A DNA stretch of 64,000 nt from Selaginella moellendorffii (Eukaryota > Plantae > Lycopodiophyta). The notes below the pieces were generated by a model, which was given only the letters and a program-made list of their open reading frames with translations, searched no databases and was not told the origin of the DNA. This document shows, piece by piece, positions 22,763 to 33,941 of the stretch (positions within the stretch are counted from its first letter, which is position 1; every line of letters starts with the position of its first letter). A program made the translations under genes and the position numbers. The stretch spans positions 1,659,950-1,723,949 of the forward strand of contig NW_003314295.1 in NCBI RefSeq assembly GCF_000143415.4, written 5' to 3'.

Positions 22763-25463
22763 CTAGTACTTGCGGCCCCCTCTTCCACCGCCACTGTAGC
22801 CTCCACGACCTCTTCCACTGCTAAATCCTCCTCTGTTACCTCTTCCACCGCTGTATCCACCTCTGCTGCTTCCACCACCTCCATAGCCACCACCGCCATA
22901 TCCACCCCTGTGGAAACGAAACACGAACACGTCAGCGAAAACCAGCGCATGAAGGAATGTAAAATGCAGTACGTTCTCTCGGGCTTGGCCGTCAGCTCTG
23001 GAAGAGACTCAGGAATCGAGATGGTGAAGTTATCCGCGCCGTCGTTTCCTGATCACGCAGCAGACTTAGGAACATACGGCAATGAGGTGAATTTGTTTTA
23101 CCGATCAAAAACTCGTCCACCATTGCGCTGGGAACGTCAAAGACCGCTGCTTTACCGTCCGCAGTAAGGTTCATGCGCCGAATCGAGGAACTACATTCCT
23201 CGCTTAAAAAACCTCGCAACGCATTGAAGATATATCTGTGTTGCAGCGTATTAGAGAAAAGAATCGACTTTGGAAATTGCAAACGTACCCCACGGAATGT
23301 ATCGGCTTGGACACTTCGAAAAGTAAAGTTGTAGCGTCGTCATGCGATGTCTGCAATGATCTCCTCTTCACTTCAGTGCACCCCTGTCAGAATTTCAAAG
23401 CATCAGATATAACATTCGTGGCTTAAGAATATAAACGCTTACGGCAATCTTCGCTAGAGCCTTAGCCAGAAGTTCCACGGCCGGACGCTTGCAATCGCTG
23501 ACAAGTTGCTCTGCTGCTTCTTTGAAGAAGGGTACTACGCTGAAAGAGTACGATACATTTTAGAAATAAATCAAGAGAAGGTTGAGATGTACCTGTCTGA
23601 AACTGCTGAAACGGCCTTAATAGCGGTGAATGATGATTCCTTAGCGATTGTAGAGGGCTGAGGAGGTGTGATCTTTTCGAACTTAAATCCTGCCTTCGCT
23701 TCAATCATAGGTATCATATATTCCTTCTTCCGATCGAACATCATCACGGCAATTCCCGTATTTCCTGAAAATCGAAGTGGATCATCAGCAAGTTATACTA
23801 TAAAAGGATACTGAACAACATACCCGCTCGCCCCGTCCGACCTGATCGGTGAATGTAAGTCTCTACATCCTTTGGTGGCTCACACTGCTCATCGAAACTT
23901 TACAACCCGTTATGATGCAATAGAGGAAGCAAACCTGGATAATGAGTTGGACGTCATTGATATCCAAACCTCGAGCAGCAACATCGGTGGCAACTAAGAC
24001 AAGGAACTTTGCAGACCGAAATCCAGCTAGAGTGTGCTGTAAAAGAAACGATGTAACGCACTGCTGACTATGTAATCCATTCGTTACCTCTCGCTGTGCT
24101 TGTGGAATGTCTCCGTGTAATGGCCTGGCGACGTTTGTCCCTAACGAACCAGCAAGCTCGGAAGCATCATTTTTCGTCTCCGTGAAAACTATAACTCTTC
24201 CACCACTGGAAAGAAAGAAAAGAAAAGAACAGATGAGAGCAACCTCCCCTAGGAAATGAAATGCTTTACCTGCCATAAACCTTAATCACATCTGCTATCA
24301 TCTGAGACCTCGCAGAATAAGCGCATTGAAGCAGCAAGTGCTTGACATTGTTACTGGCCTTCATTTTCTCATCTCCAACAAGGTCCACGGTTTTCTTATT
24401 TGGTTTAAGAAACCTCGTTGCTATCTGAAGATAAAAAAAAGTTCATATGAACAGAAAGATTCATTTTTATTCCGTCACGCACCTCTTTCACCCAGCTGGG
24501 CATAGTAGCACTGAACAAAAGTGTCTGCACGGAGGAGGTATCTTCGACAGCGCCTAAAATAGCTTCAACAGCCTCCACAAATCCCATGTTAAGCATCTCA
24601 TCGGCCTCATCAAGGACTCGGAACTTCAAAGTTTTCAAGTTCAAGTCACCGCGGTCCAGGAAATCCTGCAAAACCGAAGCCTGGTAAGGATGTCCAGAAC
24701 AACAAAATCCATTACCTTAATACGTCCAGGAGTCCCAACAACAATGTCCACACCACGACGCATAGCATTCTGCTGGGGACCATACTGACTTCCACCATAA
24801 ACACAAATAGTGCTCAAGCCAGCAGCACCTCCGTAGCACTCAAAGTCTGCATGAACCTATAGAGAAGAAAGCTTTACTCGCGAGTCATGAAGTTTCCACT
24901 TACTTGTTTCGCCAATTCACGCGTTGGAGCAAGAACTAGAACCGTGGGAGCACGTCCATAACCTTTTTTCCCCGAAGAAGACTTTCGCAGCGATTCAATG
25001 ATAGGCAACACAAAAGCTAGCGTTTTTCCCTGGAAAAACAAGAACTTTAGGCGCTCTAAAGCTACAACGAAGGACTTACTTGGCCAGTGCGCGCTCTTCC
25101 AACCAGATCATCGCCATCTAGGACGATGTCAAAGCTCTGAGCTTGAATTTGGAACAAGGCCTTGATCCCTTTCTCCCTGAGCATCCCCTTGACAGCGTCC
25201 GAGATCCGGAAATTCTCCAGCGCGTAGGGATTCTCGACATCAATGTCGCTCTTCTCCGGGCTCGACGGCACCTCGGATTTCTTGCGCTTCTTCTCTGGCT
25301 CCTCCGCATTGCCACTCTCGCCCTCTTTCTTCTTCCTCTTCTTCTCCTTCTTCTCGGACGAATCCATCTCCTTCTTCTTATCCGCCAAATCCTCCGCCGC
25401 AGCTGCCTTGAGCTTCTTCGGCTTCTGCTTCACGATCTCTGGCTCAACCTCCACTCCCGGCAT
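22763..25463 (-). CDS. RH7: DEAD-box RNA helicase RH7 (DDX21/DDX50 family) with GUCT domain and RGG tail
   Basis: Lys-rich N-terminus, ARTGQ|[59 protein letters not shown]; last exon GGYGGG...RGGRKY* (stop 22763-22765). Confidence 0.93.
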
Positions 25464-25981
25464 CGTAGCAGCGATGCCAAAGACCTAGAACAAACCTCTA
25501 GAACCCTAATTCCTCTCTTTTGGCGGCTAAAAGGGCAAAAGCGCGACGACACGTCAGCCCTATGATTTAGAAGTATTAAGTTAGTACAAAGTTAAACAAA
25601 CTGGTTAAACTGAAATTAACAAATAACTTATTCTTCTCACTGGGCTGTGCTTCGTCGCCTGGGAACGTTACAACCGGGGCAGCGGGAGGAGAGGTTCCAA
25701 ATTGTACACCAAAACTCGTCGCAAGAGAGAATTTTTTTTTGTTGTTCTTCCGCCATTAAAGTCCATCCCTGCCCCTAGAAACTTTTTTTTTCCTTCTTCC
25801 TCCTGTTGTCAGGACCAAGCAGCACTAAAAACGAGAAATCTCTCCAAAGAACGAACAAAGGATCCAATCCAACCAACGATGAAGCTCTCTCTGTCGCCCC
25901 CTTGATGAAAAGCTCAGTCCAGAGATATCTACACGGAGCAGCATCCATTCTTCCTCCTCCTCCTCCTCCACCCCGGGAAGC

Positions 25982-27004
25982 TCAATCGTCTACAAGTCTC
26001 CACCCCGGCACTGGGATCTCTAGCAACTGTTGCTCCGTCAATCCGCCAGGGCCGGCCTTTGCCACGGCCTTGGCAACCGCGGCGGTGGCTTTTACCTGTG
26101 CCTTCTTAGGCTCCTTCGAAGCCTTTGAAACTTTGAGCTTTGTGGTGGCGACAAGTACCTCGTCGGCGGGCTCCTCCGTGCCATTGGTGGTGGTCTCGCT
26201 CGGGTCCCTCTTGATCGCTACCACCGCGTCCGCTACCACCGCAGTGCTCGTCGTTACCAGCGCGTTGCTCATCGTGTTCGTTTTGTTGTCGTGCCTCTCC
26301 TCGTCTGGCATGTCTGTGTTCTCGGCGGAACTAGAGCTAGTAAGCTCTGCTTTTTCGTCGGTCTCTTTGGAGGGAGACCTCGAGAGAGACCTATTAAACT
26401 CCCCCGAGTTAGTGAAAAAGAAAGAAGAAAGAAAAATCTTAACTGGTAGTGGAACGGACAGCTTCTACCTCCATATCCAACACGCTTTATCATTTTCCTC
26501 TTGAGCAGTCTGCGAGTTCTCAGGCAAGAAAAACAATGTTAATACACCAGACTGCAAAGAACGCACATTTTCTAGTCCTTACAGTCTGAGAGCTTTGCTC
26601 GTGTCTGGATTGTTTCCCAGTGCCTCACGGATCACCTTCTCGGTAAGGGTCGCATTTCCAATAAGTTGAAGCACGCGGTAAGAACAGCGCAGCACGCGAC
26701 TTTGTTTCCAGCCCTCCTCGTCAAGATCTGCCTTAAGGAAATCTCCATTGCTACTGGAAGGGCTCACAGTCATTTCGGACTTCCCCTGGTTCTTCTGCAA
26801 GGAAGACAAAGAAAAAAGAGAGTCAACAGAGCGCCAAATGCACCTCTAGATCATCACACCACACAGAAACCAAGCCCTATGGTCGTCTAGATCCCTATCT
26901 ACTGTAGAAAAGCCGCGCAAGAAGGCCACAAAACCTCACATTCTCCCGGATTTACAGACCTTACGGACGCCCAGTCGATTCCTCGGCGCAAACCGCGATG
27001 GCAT
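25982..27004 (-). CDS. Uncharacterised plant protein with a small HTH-like domain, 4 exons
   Basis: Spliced: MPSRFAPRNRLGVRK|KNQG...TEKVIREALGNNPDTSKALR|LLKRKMIKRVGYGGRSCPFHY|... This matches the recalled plant motif IR..LG..PDTSKALR.LL....VKR.G.GGR..P..Y. Confidence 0.7.
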
Positions 27005-27620
27005 TTGAAGCTTTTCTCAGGCGCTGCAGCGAATTCCCAGCCGGCACACCATGCGACATCCACAATCTAGGGCCGCGACGCGCCGAGCTAGAACCCTACC
27101 GCTGGAAGAAGAAATTTCGGAATGGAATCACAAACCCTAGCTGCGGCAAAGCGCATTATATACCTGGAGGGAAACCTGGAGATAGACTGGGGATGAAATG
27201 GCTTAGGGTTTAGGGTTCTGTACAGGCCATACGCCATGGACGATCCGACTGCAGAGTTTGCAACCAACGGTCCAGATCGATCGCATCTGTGGCGAATATG
27301 CTACCGGATTGGCACGGCTCGAATCGTCCTGTGAGGGGAAAACATTCTGTCTTATCAGAGGCTGACACGCGTCTCGTGCTGGGCTGTCAAATGTTCCACA
27401 CGCACAGCTCTTTCTTCTTTGCTGGTAAAAGGAGTGCTTAAATCCTTTGTTCTAGGGTTTGGGGCTCGAGGGGGGCCAAGCGCGTCGTGGAGTAGCGACG
27501 AGGTCAAGCAACGCCTCCAATCGGTATGATCAGTCCCTCAGCTCGGAATCCACGGATTATCTGAGCTACATTGCGATCGCTGTCGCGAGAGGCTGTGATT
27601 TCGGGTAGATCTTGGTGAGA

Positions 27621-30600
27621 ATGAATCGATTTCTCTCCAAATCCAAGAGTATGGAGACTGGTAGCAGGAGATCGACGGAAATTGGGCCCGGGTTGCCACC
27701 GCTGGATGTGAACTTGTCCGAGAGCGCTCTCAAGGAAGCCGCGTATGAAATTATCCTGGTAGCATCGGGTTCCATCGCCGCCAGGGCGCTGGTTTACACA
27801 GGGATCAAGAAGAGCACGAGTTTGAACAAGCCTGCCGAGAAATCAGCCACGGCTATGGCTGCCAGTCGAATGAAGAAAGCTCTGGGGCTTAGATCTAAAC
27901 GCGACAGTGACAGTCAAGGAAAAGCCAAGCAGCCGATAGAGCGTCTGAGAATTCAATTAGGTGTATCGGAGAAAGTGGATGCCAGAGTGAGACGAGCACT
28001 GACGAGAGCTACAGCAGGACAGGTATGGAAATCCCGTTCCAAGCTTTTACTCCTTTGCTTAAGCTGTTTAAGCCCACCTTTCCTCTTTTTGTTGATGCAG
28101 ACTGGAAAGTCTCTCGTTGTTCCCGTGGAGCTTCTCCAGAACATTGGCTCCACCGATTTTTTTGAGAGCGAGGAATACAACCAGTGGCGAAGTTCTCAGC
28201 TAGACGTTCTGGAGGCCGGTTTGCTTTGCCATCCTAAGATCGATTTGGACAAACGTGAGATTGGAGCGCAGCGCTTGAAGCAGGTGCTGTTTGAAGCCAG
28301 GCAAACTCCGTTTGAGACCGGTCGGAATAGCGAACGCATGCAAGCGTTGAGAAGCGCAGCTATGGCCTTAGCAAGCAGGGGAGACGATGGTATCCATTGG
28401 GCAGATGGCTATCCTTTCAACGTCCACCTTTACCAGGTGTTACTGCAGTGCTGCTTCGACACACAGGATCCGAGTGCTGTCATCGACGAGATGGATGAGT
28501 TGGTGGACTTGCTCAAAAATGGCTGGAGTATACTTGGCATCGATCAGAAAGTTCACAACATCTGCTTCCTGTGGGTTTTGTTCCGACAGTTCTTCGTCAC
28601 GGGCGAGACTGAGCTGGAACTTCTAGGTGCTGCTCAGACTCAGTTGAATGAAGTTTCTAAGGATGCCAAGAACGAACGGGATCCCATTTATATCCAGCTT
28701 CTGAGCTCGGCTTTGTCGGGGATGCAACAGTCAGTTGAGAAGAGGCTCTTTTCGTACCACGACGCGTTTCCAGTTGGAGGTGCCGGACTCATGGACAAGC
28801 TGATCCCGTACGCCCTCGCTGCTGCTCAGATCTTGCACGAGGACATCTCTCAAGAGTATCGCCGAAGACGGACGGAGCAAGTGAACGTGGCGGCCACCAG
28901 GATTGATGCCTACATACGTTCCTCGGTTAGGAGTGCTTTCGCAATGGTAAGTTCTGTCAGTTCTGCGGTACTGTTTGTTTAGCTAACTACTGTTAATTGG
29001 ACGCAGATGATGGAGCCAGTTGATTCCAAGAGAAAGTTGGCCAAAACTCAGACTCCGGCGCTTGCTGTCCTTGCAAAAGATACTATGGATCTTCTCCGAA
29101 ATGAGAAGGCAAAGTACAGTCCAATCTTCAGTCAGTGGCATCCCAATCCTGGGGGTGTGGCAGCTGCGACTCTCCACGCGTGCTACCACAGGGAACTTAA
29201 ACAGTACTTGACTGGACTCAAAATTCTCACTCCCGAATCCGTAGAGGTTCTGAAGTCGGCAGACCAGCTGGAGAAAGAGCTCGTTCAGGCCGTCGTCGAG
29301 GACGCGGTTGACTGTGACGACGGAGGAAAGGGCCTCATTCGAGAAATGCCTCCTTTTGAAGGTGATTCCACTGTAGCGGCCTTGACAAAACAGTGGGTGC
29401 AATCGAGCATCGAACGCCTCGGGGAGTGGGCGGAAAGAAACATGGCAAAAGAGGTTTTGTTTCTGAAGCGTGTCTCCACTTTGGCTGACGTTTTGTGGCC
29501 TGTCTGTAGGACTGGAATCCAAATGCAATGCGTGAGCATTATGCGCCATCAGTGGTGGAGCTGTTGCGGCTGATCGAAGAGACCTTGGACGCTTTCTACG
29601 TGCTCCCCATCTCGCCTCCAAAGGACGTAGTCCAGGACCTTGCTTCCGGGGTGGACCGAGTTTTGTATCGATATGTTGCTCACGCCGTCTCCAACTGCGG
29701 TAAGCTATTATTTTGCGGGCCAACCAAGGAAACTTTCGGACTGATATCTTATGTTTCTTTGTGGTTTTCGTAGAATCCAAGACAAATCCCCGTTTGCCGC
29801 CTTTAACGCGATGGAACAAAGATCTCCATGCAAAGAGCAGCTTATCCTGGTTCAAAAAGGACAAAAGGAAGGGACAGGTAGAGCCCAGGAATGGCGTCCA
29901 GCACGTCGACACGACCGAGCTGCAGCACCTCTGCGTCCGCATAAATACGCTGTATCATCTGGAGTCTGAGCTCGAGTTTATGGACAAGCGCATACGAGCC
30001 GGGTGGCAGGACAACAGCGTGAAGCGAGACTCGGAGCCACAATCCAAAAAGCAGCCGGGCAAATCTCCAGACGCCAGCGGCGATCAGGCAAAGTTTGAAA
30101 GAGCACGGTCGAGCTGTAAAGAAGGCATCCAGAAGCTGACCGAGGCCGGCGTCCACCGCGCCGTTTTCCAAGACATGAGGGCGGTGCTGTGGGACGGACT
30201 GTACGCCGGGGGCGTGGCAAACGCCCGGGTGGACCAGGTGATCCATCAGCTGGACGCGCAGCTGGAAGTCATCGCGTCGACCGTTTCGGGGCGGCTCCGG
30301 AACAAGCTCGTGACGGCGCTCATGAGGTGCTGCTTCGACGCATTCTCGCTGGTGATCCTTGGCGGCGGGCCGTCAAGAGCGTTCCAAGCCGCGGACGCGG
30401 CGATGCTGGAGGAGGACCTGGCGGCGCTACGGGAGCTGTTCAAGGCCGATGGCGACGGGCTCCCGGCGGAGGTGGTGGACAGGTACTCGTCGTGCGCAGC
30501 GCAAGTCCTCCCGCTCTTCGCCATGGAGACTGGCGAGCTCATCGACAGGCTCAAGTCGCTCGACGGCGGCGGCAGATCGAGGGGCTCCTCCTCCGCGCCC

Positions 30601-30729
30601 GTGCCCCCCAATCCCAAGAGCTGGAGCCCATCGGATCCAAACACGGTGCTGCGAGTTCTCTGCCACCGCGCGGACGAGACGGCCTCCAAGTTCCTCAAGA
30701 AGGCGTACGGCCTTCCCAAGAGAGTGTGA
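27621..30729 (+). CDS. Protein unc-13 homolog (DUF810, MHD1/MHD2; PATROL1-related family)
   Basis: LKEAAYEI; QLDVLEAGL; HWADGYPFNVHLY; DAYIRSSVRSAF; LCVRINTL; WSPSDPNTVLRVLCHRAD..ASKFLKK. Introns at 28023-28100, ~28948-29007, ~29454-29509, ~29700-29773. Confidence 0.92.
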
Positions 30730-30762
30730 TCTCCCGTACTAGCCCGATTTTTTGTATATAGA

Positions 30763-30856
30763 GGATATTCCTTAGAATGTTGCTTGACGGAATATGCGTC
30801 AACGCTGGCGGTATATTCTGCGCGGGTTTTTCGCGCCGTATATACCCCGCATATGC
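30763..30856. promoter_or_regulatory. Cluster of five P1BS (GNATATNC) elements
   Basis: GGATATTC 30763, GAATATGC 30790, GTATATTC 30811, GTATATAC 30838, GCATATGC 30849. Confidence 0.75.
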
Positions 30857-31118
30857 CCTAGCTCTCGTCGCTCTCTCCGTGTTGCGTGTCCGATCGTTTT
30901 CTTATTTCTTCGCTCCCCGGTCTTCGCTGCGCCTTCCTTTGTGTGTCGGCTATTTGCCAGGGAGGGTTAGATCTGGATTGTCAATCCCTCGCCGCGGCAC
31001 TGTAGAAATCTGCGATCCACGGCGCACTAGAAATTCTAATCTTCGCCAGAGCTGATTGGCTGGTTGCTTGATTCGAGCGTTCTTGCGCGATCTTTTCGAT
31101 TCTTTCTTGCTCGGGGGA

Positions 31119-31629
31119 ATGGCGGAGGATCCCAAATATGCCTATCCCGCGCAGCCGGCGTATGGCTATCCCCCCCAACAAGGTATGCGTAATCTTCCCT
31201 CTTGTCTCTCTTGTTCTTCCAGCATTTCCATTCGCCGCTAGAAATCTTTTTCTTGGAGTTTGTGGCTTTCGATTCCTACGATCTTGAAATTTACTCTCTT
31301 GCGGATTTGTCTCCAGGGTATCCGCCACAGGGCTATCCCCCGCAAGGCTACCCGAATCAAGCGCAGGGAGGATACTACCAGCAGCCACCGCCAGTAGTTC
31401 CACCGCCGCAGTATCAACAGCAAGCTCCTCCGCGCAAGAACAACAGCAATTTCTTGACTGGATGGTAAGCTTTCGGTCGATCGCTCGAGCTTTTCCATTT
31501 TCTCATCTGGATTGGATGGAGCCTGACACCATCGATTTTTAATTTCTTCCCTGTAGCTTGGCCGCGATGTGCTGCTGCTGCCTCTTGGATGACTGCTGTT
31601 GCGACCCCACTCTCTTGATCATCGACTGA
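31119..31629 (+). CDS. CYSTM (cysteine-rich transmembrane module) protein, 3 exons
   Basis: MAEDPKYAYP..., GYPPQ repeats, and C-terminal FLTGC|LAAMCCCCLLDDCCCDP. Confidence 0.9.
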
Positions 31630-31714
31630 GAAGAAGTCGAAGATGAAATAACGCGAGATGTGATCCATCCATCTATCCGTGTGTAATTTATTTGGAAATT
31701 TATCAAATCGCTCT

Positions 31715-31767
31715 TTTAGGGTTCTTGGGCAAAGTTTAGGGCTCTTGGGTGAAGTTTTAGGGTTTTA
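31715..31767. promoter_or_regulatory. Three telo-box-like units just upstream of PDRG1
   Basis: tttagggttcttggg / tttagggctcttggg / tttagggtttt. Confidence 0.55.
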
Positions 31768-31770
31768 TGC

Positions 31771-32332
31771 ATGGAGCTCTCGTCCGAGCAGCTCCAGCGC
31801 AAGGTCGAGGCAGTCGAATTCGCCGCCGAGGAGCTCCTGATCGCCAGGCGCCAGGTAAATCTCCGAGAATGCGGCCGCGGAGAAGTTGATACCTCGATCG
31901 CAGCTTGTGGAGAGCGACAAATCGCGGAATGGGACGCGGGAGGCGCTCACGGCGCTGCGCAGGCAGGCGCGGACGTCCAAGAGCAGCGTCCTGAGCAGTG
32001 AGAGCGACGAGAAGATCTGCCGGACCTGTGGTGATTCCGATGGATCGCGCCCCGTCTGGAGCTTGTGCCCGGGGGCCGACGTCTTCGTACGCCTGCCCTT
32101 TCATCAAGTGCATTGCAATCTGGAAAGAGGTGGGACACTACTTTTTGGTATCCTTGATTGTTTTCTCATTTTTTTAGTGTTTCCAGCGCAAGTGGAGCTC
32201 GAGACAGACGTGAATCGATTGCAGAGCACTGTCAAGGAGAAGACGTTTCTTTTGTCTGAGAAAGGAGCCATCGCGGATGTGGTCAGCCCGAGCTTAGTGG
32301 AGAGCTTTGTCAAGCTCAAGGATCGGCATTGA
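31771..32332 (+). CDS. PDRG1: p53 and DNA damage-regulated protein 1 (prefoldin-like), 3 exons
   Basis: E..AEELL.AR.Q|LVE.DK.RNG.REALTALRRQARTSKSSV...C.TCG...DVF..LPFH.VH..LE...LQS.VKEKT..LSEKGA.AD...PS. Confidence 0.82.
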
Positions 32333-32408
32333 GTTAAGTTCTTCGCAATGCACAATAGTTATAGCGATCTCGTTTTGCGAGATTTACACTTACATTGTTT
32401 GATGGATC

Positions 32409-33350
32409 TCACTGGTCCGGGAAGAAGCCCAGTATCCACTCGTGATCGAAAAACTGCTCCAGCGTGAAGCGCTCCTCGGGCGACCTTGCGATCATGCACC
32501 GGATCAAGTCCGCCGCCAGGGGTGGTATGCAGTCCCACTTGAGCTCCCTCTGGATCTTATCGTCGCTCCTCGCAAACACCTCCATCATCCGCCGGTAGCT
32601 CAAGTTGTAGAACGGAGTCATCCCGGAGAGGCAAGTGTAGAGAACCATCCCGAGCCCGAAGACATCACTGGCGGTGGAGTATGATCCAGCGATGACAGAC
32701 TCGGGAGCCATGAATCCGGGGGTCCCGATTCCATCGCTGCTCCACGGCCAGCACGATCCAAAGTCGCCAAGTTTGATCTCGTACTTGTTGGTGGCGGCGG
32801 CGACGGCCGCGCCCGGAGTTGATGATCCAGCGCTCGCGGGCTTGACGAGAACGTTTCCCGGTTTGATATCGCAGTGGATCATCCCGCGGTCGTGGACTTG
32901 ATCCAGCGCGACGGCGACGTTGTAGACGACGGTGGCGGCCTCCTTCTCGCCCAGCCGCGTCTTGAGCTTGATCATGTCGGTGAGGCTGCAAGAGCACAGC
33001 TCCAGGACCAAGTGGCAGACCTCGTCGTCCATCTCGCCCACTACCATCTCGAAAATCTCCTCCTCGAGCTTGATCACGCCGGCGATGGCGCTCGCCATGG
33101 TTAAGGCCCGCGCTTCTTCCCTCCCGCGGCCATGGGCGATGGTCTTGACCGCGAAGGCCGCTCCATCGGATCTTCGCAGGGCTTGGAAGACGCCCTGGGA
33201 TCCATCACCGATGCGCAACTGGAGGGTGTATCTTTCGACCAGGCGCGGGTATTTGTGCCAGAGCTCGTCGTCTAGCTGCGAATTTCGGGGCCAGTGATCG
33301 ATGATCTTGCTCGCCCGCTCCAGATCCGTGTCACAAGCTCGCTTCGTCAT
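32409..33350 (-). CDS. Intronless divergent Ser/Thr protein kinase (CAMK-like, non-RD)
   Basis: IGDGSQG, FAVK, HCDIKPGN, DFG, GTPGFMAPE, DVFGLG, PEERFT..HEW. Confidence 0.88.
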   Translation of the reverse strand: MTKRACDTDLERASKIIDHWPRNSQLDDELWHKYPRLVERYTLQLRIGDGSQGVFQALRRSDGAAFAVKTIAHGRGREEARALTMASAIAGVIKLEEEIFEMVVGEMDDEVCHLVLELCSCSLTDMIKLKTRLGEKEAATVVYNVAVALDQVHDRGMIHCDIKPGNVLVKPASAGSSTPGAAVAAATNKYEIKLGDFGSCWPWSSDGIGTPGFMAPESVIAGSYSTASDVFGLGMVLYTCLSGMTPFYNLSYRRMMEVFARSDDKIQRELKWDCIPPLAADLIRCMIARSPEERFTLEQFFDHEWILGFFPDQ

Positions 33351-33941
33351 GAAATTAGGGTTAAGCTATCGAAAAATTAGGGTTAGGGCGGTAGGAAGTA
33401 AAAGATTTTTTAACAAAAGGAAAGTTAGTTTGGGTTAGGGTTAGGGTAGAGGTAAAAGGTGAAGATTTTGTGGGATATTTTCTTATTATGAATTATCAAA
33501 CGTGTTTCATGTTTCCCACTGAGAAGGGCATATGCTCCCACGAGATTCTCCGTCGCGACACTGCCACGTCCGTCCCTCAAACGGAGCACATGTCATTTGG
33601 CCTCGTGGATTTCAAGGCGAGGCGAGCGAGTGCGTGCGAGTGCGTTTATATTCTTTCGTGTCCACCATTTCATCGCATCCATCCATCCATCCCCACCCCA
33701 TTTAGGTCTAGCGCTACCTTTCTTCCATCGCTTTCTTGGGTCGATCTATTGGAAGGCGGCCGCTCTCACAACCGGATCGATCGACCGGCGCCTGGAATTT
33801 TACTTTTGGGGCTTTCTCTGAGGTAAGATCTTTTTCTTGTTCTCTCTCTCTCTCTTTCTCTGTCGTTCTCTCTCGGGGCTTTGGCTTTTGGAACTTTTGC
33901 TTAATGCTGCTTGCTACTGGCTCCTCTAGGGAAATGCGAAG

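Noticed and set aside
22699-22950. 83-aa minus-strand ORF as the RH7 last exon
   Set aside because: Wrong frame; the spliced RGG-rich frame ends at 22763.
23804-23812. GTATCCTT (U12-type donor-like) words in RH7 and PDRG1 introns
   Set aside because: They lie inside ordinary GT-AG introns, and the reading frames are satisfied by other donors.
33354-33447. TTAGGG units as an interstitial telomere
   Set aside because: Only scattered 1-2 unit copies next to a start codon; better explained as telo-box promoter elements.
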